A stretch of DNA of 64,000 bases, from the NCBI GenBank assembly GCA_038062915.1, contig JBBTWD010000002.1, forward strand, positions 5,189-69,188, read 5' to 3'. The notes below the pieces were generated by a model, which made no database searches, was not told the origin of the DNA, and saw nothing but the letters and a program-made list of their open reading frames with translations. This document shows positions 8,463-16,776 of the stretch, piece by piece; the stretch's first letter is position 1, and every line of letters starts with the position of its first letter. This stretch comes from Patescibacteria group bacterium. GTDB taxonomy: Bacteria > Patescibacteriota > Microgenomatia > UBA8517. Made by a program: the position numbers and the translations under genes.

Positions 8463-10429
8463 ATTTTGATTTTGATTTCCTTGTCAGTTGTGAGGAAGAA
8501 CTCTTCTTCAAATTTACCTAAATTAATTGTATAAAGAGGGCCATCAGTTCCTGGTTGTTTTTGGATTAAAATATTATAGCTTTTACTAAATTTCATAGGA
8601 AGTCGATATTTAAAAGTAACTTTAACTACCCCCTCGGGTCGCAGTTTATATAAACCTGCAAAAACAGTTTTACCTAAATCTTCATAGGATTGGGCTTTAT
8701 CTTCTAACCCTGTAGCCTCAATAAGCTCACTGCCTTTAGGTACATAAACCCTGACCCAACTTGGAAGTACAGAATTAAGCCAACCGTCGTGCTTTTCCGG
8801 ATTATTATAGGTAAGTGTAATGGTTTTAACAATACCTCCACCCTTTTCTATCTCAATCTCCTGGCCCACCTCGTGCTTTACATATAAATTTGATTTTCTG
8901 CCACCCAAATTCGAGTCGTTTATATGAAGATAGTCACCCTGATATTCCTCGATTTTACCTGCAATTCCAAAATCACTTACAGCTTTTTGAACTTTTTCAT
9001 CAAATAGGTAAAACAGAACATGTTTCTCGGTAACAGATTTATATGCCGCCCCAAATAACGCTGGTAATTTTTCTTTAGGTTGACCCAGAGCATTGGCTAG
9101 TACCGAATTCATTAAGGGTCCGATAATTTTTTTACGGTTGTCATAATTTGGAGGTGTAAAGACAATTTTGCCAGACACAGGATCCCAAACAATGGGTCCT
9201 TCGGTATCTGCAAAGCTCTCAAGCTCGTAAATTACTTGAGGGCAATTACATTTGGGCTCAACTAGCGTGCTAAAATTCCCAAATCCAGGGACGCCAATAG
9301 GTCCGATTGCGTTTAATAAATTAACAAGAAGCTGGGTATCTACTCCGATTATTCCATCAAACTCTTCAATCCCCACACTTTTAGCTTCCTGACTAAAAAG
9401 CTTCATACTCTCCTCAAAATCGGGGGACCAATTCATATCTCTCAAGCGCCAATTTTTCGAAAGAACGTAAGGACCCTTAATATAAGCGATGATAGGGTCG
9501 GGTGCTGGGATATTTGGTTTGTATTTTGCATCCAAATTATAAATATCATTAGAAGAAACTGGCTCGAATTTTGCATTTTCTACTTTTGTAACTGAATATG
9601 CTGTAAGAAATCCTCCGGTGGGACGAAGTTCTTTATCATTCTGGAAAAGGACCAGATATTTACGTGGTCCATCAATCCCTAAAATGTACGGGGCTATTTC
9701 TAAAAGTGGTTTGCCTTCAGTCACAAAGTCCGTTCCCTGATCAATGAAGAATTGAGCTTTAATAATAATTTTCTTAATTTCTTTTCCTTTGAATTTGTCC
9801 GGATATCTTTCAGGGTCAATTTCGTCAATTTCTGTTTTTACTATCTTAAGTTTTGACGAGATCTCATCAAGCTTAGGTATGATGTCAGGGATTGCTTTAA
9901 CTATAAAATCGATTCTCTCTTGTGTTGTTTTTGCTCCATCTACTTCTGATGTATATCCTAAAACGTCAGCGTACGGTAGCGCAGTTGTGACAACAATGTC
10001 AAAAGCGTCAAGGCCAGCATCGCCCGCCTTTATAATATGGCCCAAGTCTTTAGTGTAACCACCTAAAAAGGGTATTATTCTAGTCCAAGAAAAAATAAAA
10101 TAGCTCGTTCTAACCCTGCTTAAGTCTTTTTTAACATTTGGAATTTCATTTTTAACTGCAGATAAATTCCCAGTATCAGCAAGAGTGGCAAGTTTTTGGG
10201 ATGAAACTAACAAATTTTGTCCACTTTGATAAACAAAAAAAGCAGGAATAATAATTCCTAAAAGGAGAATACCTAAAACTACAGCAATAACTTGTAGAGT
10301 TTTTTTTGAAACTCTGGGTTTAACCTCAAGTTCTGGTTGAGGTTGAGGGCTACTTCCTAAATCAATTTTCGGAATTAAGACAGATTCTTCCATACTTATA
10401 AATATAATATCACACTGCTCCCTTACCAC
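8459..10429 (-). CDS. DUF4012-like membrane-anchored extracytoplasmic protein
   Basis: N-terminal TM helix; QNDKELRPTGGF motif recalled as the DUF4012 signature. The family is often linked to LCP and capsule loci. Confidence 0.45.
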   Translation of the reverse strand: MVREQCDIIFISMEESVLIPKIDLGSSPQPQPELEVKPRVSKKTLQVIAVVLGILLLGIIIPAFFVYQSGQNLLVSSQKLATLADTGNLSAVKNEIPNVKKDLSRVRTSYFIFSWTRIIPFLGGYTKDLGHIIKAGDAGLDAFDIVVTTALPYADVLGYTSEVDGAKTTQERIDFIVKAIPDIIPKLDEISSKLKIVKTEIDEIDPERYPDKFKGKEIKKIIIKAQFFIDQGTDFVTEGKPLLEIAPYILGIDGPRKYLVLFQNDKELRPTGGFLTAYSVTKVENAKFEPVSSNDIYNLDAKYKPNIPAPDPIIAYIKGPYVLSKNWRLRDMNWSPDFEESMKLFSQEAKSVGIEEFDGIIGVDTQLLVNLLNAIGPIGVPGFGNFSTLVEPKCNCPQVIYELESFADTEGPIVWDPVSGKIVFTPPNYDNRKKIIGPLMNSVLANALGQPKEKLPALFGAAYKSVTEKHVLFYLFDEKVQKAVSDFGIAGKIEEYQGDYLHINDSNLGGRKSNLYVKHEVGQEIEIEKGGGIVKTITLTYNNPEKHDGWLNSVLPSWVRVYVPKGSELIEATGLEDKAQSYEDLGKTVFAGLYKLRPEGVVKVTFKYRLPMKFSKSYNILIQKQPGTDGPLYTINLGKFEEEFFLTTDKEIKIKI

Positions 10430-11060
10430 TTATCATTATAAATGGAGTTTTGACTATTATTAGGATATCTAAAAGTAGAGATTTTTTTCTAGCGTAGTAT
10501 GCATCCATTTCGATTCGCTTATCAAAATTGATCTCACTTCTTCCTGAAACTTGCCAAAAACCCGTAACTCCGGGTTTGACAGTCTGCGTTTCTTTAATAG
10601 ACCCCTCTGTACCAGGATATTGCATTTTCTGCTCTGTAAGCTCATCGGCATGATAAGGTCTTGGCCCCACAAGGCTCATCTCACCCCTTAAAACGTTAAA
10701 AAGTTGCGGCATCTCATCAATAGAATACTTTCTCATAAATTTACCAAATCTTGTAACTCTTGGGTCATTGTGCAATTTAAAACTAGATTTCTTATACTCT
10801 TTATAAAGTTTTTTAAATCGTGGGTCCTTTGTTATCAACCGATCCGAATTAACCGGCATTGATCGAAATTTATACAACCTAAATATTTTGCCATCCTTCC
10901 CAATCCTTCTCATATGGGCATTGTTCTTTTCTACAAGCACAGGACCAGGAGCGGTCAACTTTGTTATCATCGAAGCCACAAGCATTACAGGAGAAAATAA
11001 AACAATTAAAAAAATCGAGGATAAAATATCTATTATTCTTTTAACTATTTCGTAGTACAT
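10410..11060 (-). CDS. Polyprenyl-phosphate sugar-1-phosphate transferase (Bac_transf family, WbaP/CpsE-like initiating enzyme)
   Basis: KRIIDILSSIFLIVLFSPVMLV...GKDGKIFRLYKFRSM...DEMPQLFNVLRGEMSLVGPRP. Confidence 0.85.
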   Translation of the reverse strand: MYYEIVKRIIDILSSIFLIVLFSPVMLVASMITKLTAPGPVLVEKNNAHMRRIGKDGKIFRLYKFRSMPVNSDRLITKDPRFKKLYKEYKKSSFKLHNDPRVTRFGKFMRKYSIDEMPQLFNVLRGEMSLVGPRPYHADELTEQKMQYPGTEGSIKETQTVKPGVTGFWQVSGRSEINFDKRIEMDAYYARKKSLLLDILIIVKTPFIMISGKGAV

Positions 11061-11061
11061 T

Positions 11062-12204
11062 TTATAGAAGCTCTTTTCTGTTTTCCTCTTTTAGTTTTTC
11101 AACTATTTTCTTAACACTTTGTGCGCGACTTTTGGTTGTTACCAACAGTGCGTCTTCGGTATCGACTATAACGAGATTGTCCACGTCAACTACTGCAATG
11201 AGCCTTCTATCTGTATATATCAAAGCGTCAGTTGTGTCGATATTTATAACTTCAGCTTTATTTTCTTCTTTAGTTATTATCACATTGCCACCATGATCCT
11301 TTGGGATATTTTCCCAAACTTCTTTCCAATCACCTATATCAGTCCATCCATAATCAGCAATTGCCATAATAAAATTCTTGGCTTTTTCGCTTACCGCATA
11401 ATCAACTGATATGTCAGGTAAGTCCTCATATACAGATTTTGTCGTTTCTGATTCATTTTTTTGCCCTAAAGCATCGGCTATTTTCTGCATGCCATTTGCT
11501 ATTTTAGGAGCGTGTAGATTCAAGGCATTAAGGAAACTCTGTGCTCCCCAAACATATTGATTGGCATTCCAAAAATATTTTCCTGATTGCAAATATTCCT
11601 TTGCAACACTCAATTCTGGCTTTTCTGTAAACCCTTCTAATTTAAATATATGTTTACCGTCGGATTCACTTAATTTGTCTCCCAATTTAATATACCCGTA
11701 ACCAACATTTGGATATGTCGGTTTAATACCAATAGCCAACAATAAATCCTTTTCATATACTGCCCCAGCACAGGAAAGTAAATTTTTTAAATACTCTCTT
11801 TGGGGGTCAACTAGATGATCCGCTGCTTCGTTTAGAATAACTGCCTTAGAATCTTTTTTTAAAATATAGACAGCTCCTAGCGCGTGCGCAGCCGCAGTAT
11901 TTCTTTTCATCGGTTCAACAATAATATTTTCGGCTAGAAATTCGGGTACCTCATCTATAATTTCTTTTTTATATTGGCTAGAAGTCGTCACTGCAAAAAT
12001 TTTCTCCCAGGGAAGAATTTTGTTAAAACGATACGAAGTGATCTGGGTTAAAGTTTTATTATCAAAAAGCTTTAAAAATTGTTTTGGAGAGTTAACTCTT
12101 GAAACCGGCCATAGACGCGTTCCGCCACCCCCAACCACCAACAAAGCGAATAAGTGCTTTTTGTAGTCGTCTCTTGAAAACTTCTTTAGAAAATTTTTGA
12201 GCAT
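11062..12204 (-). CDS. manC: Mannose-1-phosphate guanylyltransferase (GDP-mannose pyrophosphorylase)
   Basis: LVVGGGGTRLWPVSR...PKQF N-terminus. The annotated ATG overlaps the upstream ORF by 113 nt; an internal TTG/GTG start at LLVV is possible. Confidence 0.8.
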   Translation of the reverse strand: MLKNFLKKFSRDDYKKHLFALLVVGGGGTRLWPVSRVNSPKQFLKLFDNKTLTQITSYRFNKILPWEKIFAVTTSSQYKKEIIDEVPEFLAENIIVEPMKRNTAAAHALGAVYILKKDSKAVILNEAADHLVDPQREYLKNLLSCAGAVYEKDLLLAIGIKPTYPNVGYGYIKLGDKLSESDGKHIFKLEGFTEKPELSVAKEYLQSGKYFWNANQYVWGAQSFLNALNLHAPKIANGMQKIADALGQKNESETTKSVYEDLPDISVDYAVSEKAKNFIMAIADYGWTDIGDWKEVWENIPKDHGGNVIITKEENKAEVINIDTTDALIYTDRRLIAVVDVDNLVIVDTEDALLVTTKSRAQSVKKIVEKLKEENRKELL

Positions 12205-12640
12205 TGGCTATTAGCGTTCTTCTATTAAAGCTCATTTTATCAAACTTTTCAATTGCACGAGTCAAACTCTCTTCATTTTGTTCATCAAATAAAATCCCAG
12301 TCTGATTATCTATAACAGTGTCAAGAGCTCCGCCTTTCTTGTGTGCAATTACTGGAACACCCAAGCTCTGTGCTTCAACTGCAACAATTCCAAAATCCTC
12401 CTCTTGTGGCATTATCAAAGCTTTGGCATTTTTATAATAATCTATTAATACTTCATCGCTAACTTGACCAACAAATTTAATATTGCTATATGCCATATGC
12501 TTTAAGCTATATGTACGACTTCCAGTGCCAATAATTACTAGTTTTTTATTTAGTTTATTAAAAGTTTTAACCAAAAGTTCAACTTTTTTATAATTTACCA
12601 GTCGACCCACATATAAATAATACTCTTTCAGGTTTTGCAT
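12092..12640 (-). CDS. GT4 glycosyltransferase, C-terminal (Glycos_transf_1) half only
   Basis: YYLYVGRLVNYKKVELLV...EDFGIVAVEAQSLGVPVIA. No N-domain; overlaps the N-half ORF by 13 nt in another frame. Confidence 0.6.
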   Translation of the reverse strand: MQNLKEYYLYVGRLVNYKKVELLVKTFNKLNKKLVIIGTGSRTYSLKHMAYSNIKFVGQVSDEVLIDYYKNAKALIMPQEEDFGIVAVEAQSLGVPVIAHKKGGALDTVIDNQTGILFDEQNEESLTRAIEKFDKMSFNRRTLIANAQKFSKEVFKRRLQKALIRFVGGWGWRNASMAGFKS

Positions 12641-13182
12641 GATGGAAATATTACTTCAGAATCTCGATCGTAATATTTTTTAATTCTTCTTTTTACTTCA
12701 GTTGATATTGCAATTATTTTATCAGGACGAGTAGACGCAATTTTGTCCCAAGCTCTCAGATAGTTGATAACTGGTTTTGAAATAAACCGCAAAATCGGAT
12801 TTTTAAAATACAAATCATAATGACTCCATAAATAACGAGTAGGTGTCAACATGTAGCAAATGTGTTTTGTACCCGGTTTTGTAATAATTCCTTTTGCCGC
12901 CTCACTAGTAACCGAAATTGCCAAATCATACTCATTAAAATTAAATTGCTCAAAAGCTAGGGGCATTAGCCATCCCAATCCCTCATGCCAACTTTTGGCA
13001 AAAGGAATTTTTTGTATAAATGAAGTGTGGATTTTGGGGAAAATCTTTGCCCAAGCCGCATTTTTTTGATCATAAACAGAAGTATAAAGTGGTGCGTCAG
13101 GGAACATTTCATGGAGAGTTAAAAGTACCCTCTCCGCCCCACCCCACTTATTTACCCTGTCATACACAATAGCCGTTTTCAT
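12628..13182 (-). CDS. GT4 glycosyltransferase, N-terminal (Glyco_trans_4-like) half only
   Basis: IVYDRVNKWGGAERVLLTLHEMF...; ends ...SEVIFPSCKT immediately before the YYLYVGRL of the next ORF. Confidence 0.6.
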   Translation of the reverse strand: MKTAIVYDRVNKWGGAERVLLTLHEMFPDAPLYTSVYDQKNAAWAKIFPKIHTSFIQKIPFAKSWHEGLGWLMPLAFEQFNFNEYDLAISVTSEAAKGIITKPGTKHICYMLTPTRYLWSHYDLYFKNPILRFISKPVINYLRAWDKIASTRPDKIIAISTEVKRRIKKYYDRDSEVIFPSCKT

Positions 13183-13185
13183 CGT

Positions 13186-13215
13186 TTGAATTTTACACCA
13201 AAAACCGTTTATACT
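13186..13215 (+). promoter_or_regulatory. Candidate sigma70-like promoter for the TrpR-like gene (TTGAAT, 18-bp spacer, TATACT)
   Basis: Hexamers read directly at 13186-13191 and 13210-13215. Confidence 0.3.
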
Positions 13216-13243
13216 AAACTTATATCCGTATACTAGTACATAG
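13205..13243. promoter_or_regulatory. Operator-like repeats CCGTTTATACTA / CCGTATACTAGTACA overlapping the putative +1 region
   Basis: Near-palindrome ccgtatactagtacatag (13226-13243); 14 of 15 positions match the perfect palindrome downstream of the same gene. Confidence 0.35.
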
Positions 13244-13249
13244 ATTTAA

Positions 13250-13660
13250 ATGAGAAGATATAAATTTCTACTTAAAGAGGAAGTGTTTGAGGCTTTAAAT
13301 AAGTTAAGGGCTGCGTTTTTGGCAGCAAAAGATGGCAATGAAGTTGAAGAAATCATAAGAGGAATACTAACCAGCGACGAAAGAATTAAAATCGGAAGAA
13401 GAATTTTGATTTCTCAACTTCTAGATGAAGGGCTTACTTTTGAAGCTATTAGTAAAGATTATAGAATCGGGAAGCAAACTGCACTCCAAGTGCAAAAATT
13501 AAAAGATAGATACCCAAAGTGCTTTGAATTAATTAGTCAAAGGGTGGAAAAGGTAGAAATAGAATTTGGTAAAAAAGCTTATATTAAAACAGGTAATCCC
13601 AAATATCTCAAAAAATTTATTGAGTATACAGGGTTTAAAAGAACAGATGTTAAAAGGTAG
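13250..13660 (+). CDS. Small helix-turn-helix protein, TrpR/YerC-YecD-like
   Basis: 136 aa; the pattern DERIKIGRRILISQLLDEGLTFEAISKDYRIGKQTALQVQK resembles the Trp-repressor-like fold family; the only plus-strand gene in a minus-strand block. Confidence 0.5.
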   Translation: MRRYKFLLKEEVFEALNKLRAAFLAAKDGNEVEEIIRGILTSDERIKIGRRILISQLLDEGLTFEAISKDYRIGKQTALQVQKLKDRYPKCFELISQRVEKVEIEFGKKAYIKTGNPKYLKKFIEYTGFKRTDVKR

Positions 13661-13666
13661 TTTGTA

Positions 13667-13686
13667 TCCGTGTACTAGTACACGGA
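13667..13686 (+). terminator. Perfect 20-bp palindrome tccgtgtactagtacacgga followed by TTTTT; intrinsic terminator and/or second operator copy
   Basis: Read directly from the sequence; it overlaps the stop codon of the convergent GT4 C-half ORF. Confidence 0.45.
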
Positions 13687-14187
13687 TTTTTCATAAACAT
13701 TTAACGTTTCTTTGACCATTTTGTGCCAGCTGTAGCGCTTGACGAATTTTTGAGCGTAGGTGATTTTAGATTTTCTCTCGAATTCAGACAAATTTAGTGC
13801 CATCTTTAAAACCTTTATAATTGAATTTGAATCAAGCGGATTAAAATATATAGCTGCATTTTTGTAAACTTCTCGGAATACTGGAATATCACTACATAAA
13901 ACCAGGGTCCCTGCTTTCATCGCTTCAATTCCAGGAAGTCCAAAACCTTCTGAAAGAGACGGAAACACAAAAGCAATTGAATTTTTATAAAGACTTTTAA
14001 GTTTGTTATCTGGTACAAATCCCAAAAGTTTTACGTATTTGTTTTTATTTACTTCGAGTCTTTTAGTGAATACATCTCTACTTGAAGCTATACATAAATT
14101 TACCTTTAGTAAATTAATTGCACTAATTAATCTATCAAGGTTTTTATGTGGATAGGCACTACCCACATATAAAAAATAACTATTCAT
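13675..14187 (-). CDS. GT4 glycosyltransferase, C-terminal half only
   Basis: YFLYVGSAYPHKNLDRLISAIN...FPSLSEGFGLPGIEAMKAGTLVLCS; overlaps the N-half ORF by 8 nt. Confidence 0.6.
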   Translation of the reverse strand: MNSYFLYVGSAYPHKNLDRLISAINLLKVNLCIASSRDVFTKRLEVNKNKYVKLLGFVPDNKLKSLYKNSIAFVFPSLSEGFGLPGIEAMKAGTLVLCSDIPVFREVYKNAAIYFNPLDSNSIIKVLKMALNLSEFERKSKITYAQKFVKRYSWHKMVKETLNVYEKSVY

Positions 14188-14698
14188 ATATTACCTCCAC
14201 TTTTTCATTTTTTATTTTGTAACAGTTAACTAGTTCGTTTTTAATGACACTACTTGGAACTATTATTCTGACCGAACCCATAACAGCTTTTGCAAATGAT
14301 ATGTAATAACCAAGTCGCCAAATTTGGTAAATAGGAAACGGTCTGGTTGTGGCCTCCCCGCCAATAAACTTATGCATAATAAGATCATGAATTGTTACAA
14401 TAAATCTTCCAAAGTAAAAAAGTGGTACGTTGAAATGGGGAAAGTGAACAATATCTGGTTTATATTTTGAGATAAGAAAAGGAAGATAAAGTTGCTCTGA
14501 AAAACTATAATGTCTAAAATCTGCTTTAACTTTTTGCCAACTTTTAGGTAAATTTATACCAAGTTTATCTTTTCTTAGCAATATTACATATTTATTCACT
14601 TTGTCAATTTTTGCCAGATTTTCTACTAAATTCATTGTATATCTACCGTTGCCTGCATGTTCTGGGCCGTAAATTCTGGCGTCGATCAATATTTTCAA
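14180..14698 (-). CDS. GT4 glycosyltransferase, N-terminal half only
   Basis: MKILIDARIYGPEHAGNGRYTMNLVENL... GT-B N-domain; ends ...KVEVIYE. Confidence 0.6.
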   Translation of the reverse strand: MKILIDARIYGPEHAGNGRYTMNLVENLAKIDKVNKYVILLRKDKLGINLPKSWQKVKADFRHYSFSEQLYLPFLISKYKPDIVHFPHFNVPLFYFGRFIVTIHDLIMHKFIGGEATTRPFPIYQIWRLGYYISFAKAVMGSVRIIVPSSVIKNELVNCYKIKNEKVEVIYE

Positions 14699-15567
14699 TG
14701 AAGTATGGTTCTAACAAAACGACCCAATTTCAATAACTTTATTCCAGTTAAAACAAGAAGATTTATAGGTAACGGGTAACGTTTCCATAGAAACTTCTTG
14801 TAAAAAATTTCCATTGAATTAACTGAAGCCATCCGAAACTTTAGACGTGAAGTTAGTGGGACTTTTTTCTTTGTTTCATTTTTTCCTTTAGAAGCTCCTT
14901 TAAGATGAAGTATGGAAACTTTTGGAAAGTAATAAATTTTATAACCCTTTTCTTTAATTTTCCAACAAAGATCAATATCCTCTCCATCAAGAAAATATTC
15001 TTCAGAAAACCAGTTAACTTCATCTAAAATTTTCTTACGCGTTAGAAAAAATGCCCCCTGGATAACTTCCACTTCGTGTGTCAAATTTTCATTTACATCC
15101 CTATACCAATATAATTTGCCGTTCCCCAAAATCAACCTATTAAAGGAAATCAAAGGTGTAGGAAATCTCCGTCTTGAATCGGGATCCAGCTTCCCATTAA
15201 CCAAAACTGTTTTACAAGTCACAGCCCCAATGTTTTTATTGCTGTTTAAATATTTGATCGTTTCTCTAATTGTGTTTTTATATACAACTGTATCGGAATT
15301 AAGAAAAAGGATGTTTTTGCCCATGGCGACTTTTCTTGCAGCGTTATTACCCTTAGCAAATCCCAGGTTATCATCGTTTTTAATAAGCTTGACGTTTGAG
15401 AAATCGCTTTCAACCATTTCAATACTTCCGTCAATTGAACCATTATCGGCAACAATAACCTCAAATAAAGCCTCACCCTTTACCTTTTTTAATGAATTAA
15501 GACAATCACGAAGAAGGTCTTTTGTATTAAAACTAAGAATTATTATTGAGAGTTCGAGTTTGTTCAT
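14695..15567 (-). CDS. GT2 family glycosyltransferase
   Basis: LSIIILSFNTKDLL...VIVADNGSIDGS...LFLNSDTVV (DXD). Confidence 0.85.
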   Translation of the reverse strand: MNKLELSIIILSFNTKDLLRDCLNSLKKVKGEALFEVIVADNGSIDGSIEMVESDFSNVKLIKNDDNLGFAKGNNAARKVAMGKNILFLNSDTVVYKNTIRETIKYLNSNKNIGAVTCKTVLVNGKLDPDSRRRFPTPLISFNRLILGNGKLYWYRDVNENLTHEVEVIQGAFFLTRKKILDEVNWFSEEYFLDGEDIDLCWKIKEKGYKIYYFPKVSILHLKGASKGKNETKKKVPLTSRLKFRMASVNSMEIFYKKFLWKRYPLPINLLVLTGIKLLKLGRFVRTILH

Positions 15568-15576
15568 AATCGCAGA

Positions 15577-16776
15577 TTATATCAAACTATGTTTGTTATA
15601 GATTTGATCTAGATATTGGCTCATTTTATACCAACTATACTTTTCTTCAACCAGCTTCCTGGCATTTGTTGAAATTTTTTTCGCAAACTTTTCATCCGAA
15701 AGAATATTAACAGTCGCCTCCGCCATTGATTCTGGATCATCCTTGATGATAATATTAACTCCGTCAGTCGCACCCAATCCTTCAGATCCCACAGAGGTTG
15801 TAATAAGGGGAAGCTTGGCTGCCATTGCCCCGAAATGCTTCAGTCTGGTTCCCCCCGGCCCCTTTAGAGGGGAAACAAAAGCCGAGGCTTTATAATAAGC
15901 ATTCCTTATACCTTCCTGGTCATCTTCTTTTAAATTATCTACGAATATTCTTTTAGATTTTCTCGATAAAATATTTTTCGGGATATATTGACCAACAATC
16001 CATATTTTAACTTTTGGATTTTTGGACCATATGAAAGGGGCAACATCATTTAATAAAAGTTCTGCGGCTTCGATATTTTGCAGCCACTTGAAGTTTGCTA
16101 CAAACAATACTTTTTGTTCATTTTCATTCCATGATGTTTTTAATTTAAAAAAATCTAAATTCACTCCATTGGGTACAAGACCCACTTCAAGTTTTGGGGC
16201 TAGGTCAAGCATTACTCTTTTATCCTCTTGCGACACAGCAACAACTCCATCAGCTTTCTTCCAAAACTTAGTTTCCCAAAATCTAAGCTTTGCCACATCT
16301 ATAGAAAGAAGCAATCTTAACAAGAGATTTTTAAGTCCCTCTACATAATGCTTATAAACAAGGTATTCGATAGTCTGTTCTACTAAAAGAATAGGAACTT
16401 TAGTACTAGGAATATGGGGCATAACATAAAAAGTCTCTGCATGAATCAAGTCATACTTATTTTTTTGGATTTCTTCTTTAACGGCAGATCTTTCTTTCGA
16501 TGAAAGATTTCTAATAACTAAAAATGGATAAGGACCAAAACCAGTTAATAGAATATTACGTAGAGTCCAGGGAGATTTTGACCTTTTAAAGACTTTAACC
16601 TTTTTACAATATTTTTCTAGTTCAGGAATAAACCTTTTTTCTGAATCATCCTTGATTAATGAAAATAATGTAATCTCATGTTTTTTACTTAAGTGCTTTA
16701 TTAGATTATACGATCTAATTTGCCCACCAGAAGATGGAGGAAAGGGTAAATACGGCGTGAGCATTAATATTTTCAT
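15577..16776 (-). CDS. GT4 family glycosyltransferase
   Basis: MKILMLTPYLPFPPSSGGQIRSYNL... N-terminus and a Glycos_transf_1 C-domain. Confidence 0.85.
   Translation of the reverse strand: MKILMLTPYLPFPPSSGGQIRSYNLIKHLSKKHEITLFSLIKDDSEKRFIPELEKYCKKVKVFKRSKSPWTLRNILLTGFGPYPFLVIRNLSSKERSAVKEEIQKNKYDLIHAETFYVMPHIPSTKVPILLVEQTIEYLVYKHYVEGLKNLLLRLLLSIDVAKLRFWETKFWKKADGVVAVSQEDKRVMLDLAPKLEVGLVPNGVNLDFFKLKTSWNENEQKVLFVANFKWLQNIEAAELLLNDVAPFIWSKNPKVKIWIVGQYIPKNILSRKSKRIFVDNLKEDDQEGIRNAYYKASAFVSPLKGPGGTRLKHFGAMAAKLPLITTSVGSEGLGATDGVNIIIKDDPESMAEATVNILSDEKFAKKISTNARKLVEEKYSWYKMSQYLDQIYNKHSLI

Noticed and set aside
13226-13686. The palindromes as terminal inverted repeats of an IS or MITE
   Set aside because: There is no transposase and no target-site duplication is evident. 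The enclosed gene is an HTH regulator, so an operator or terminator role is more parsimonious, though a small mobile cassette cannot be fully excluded.
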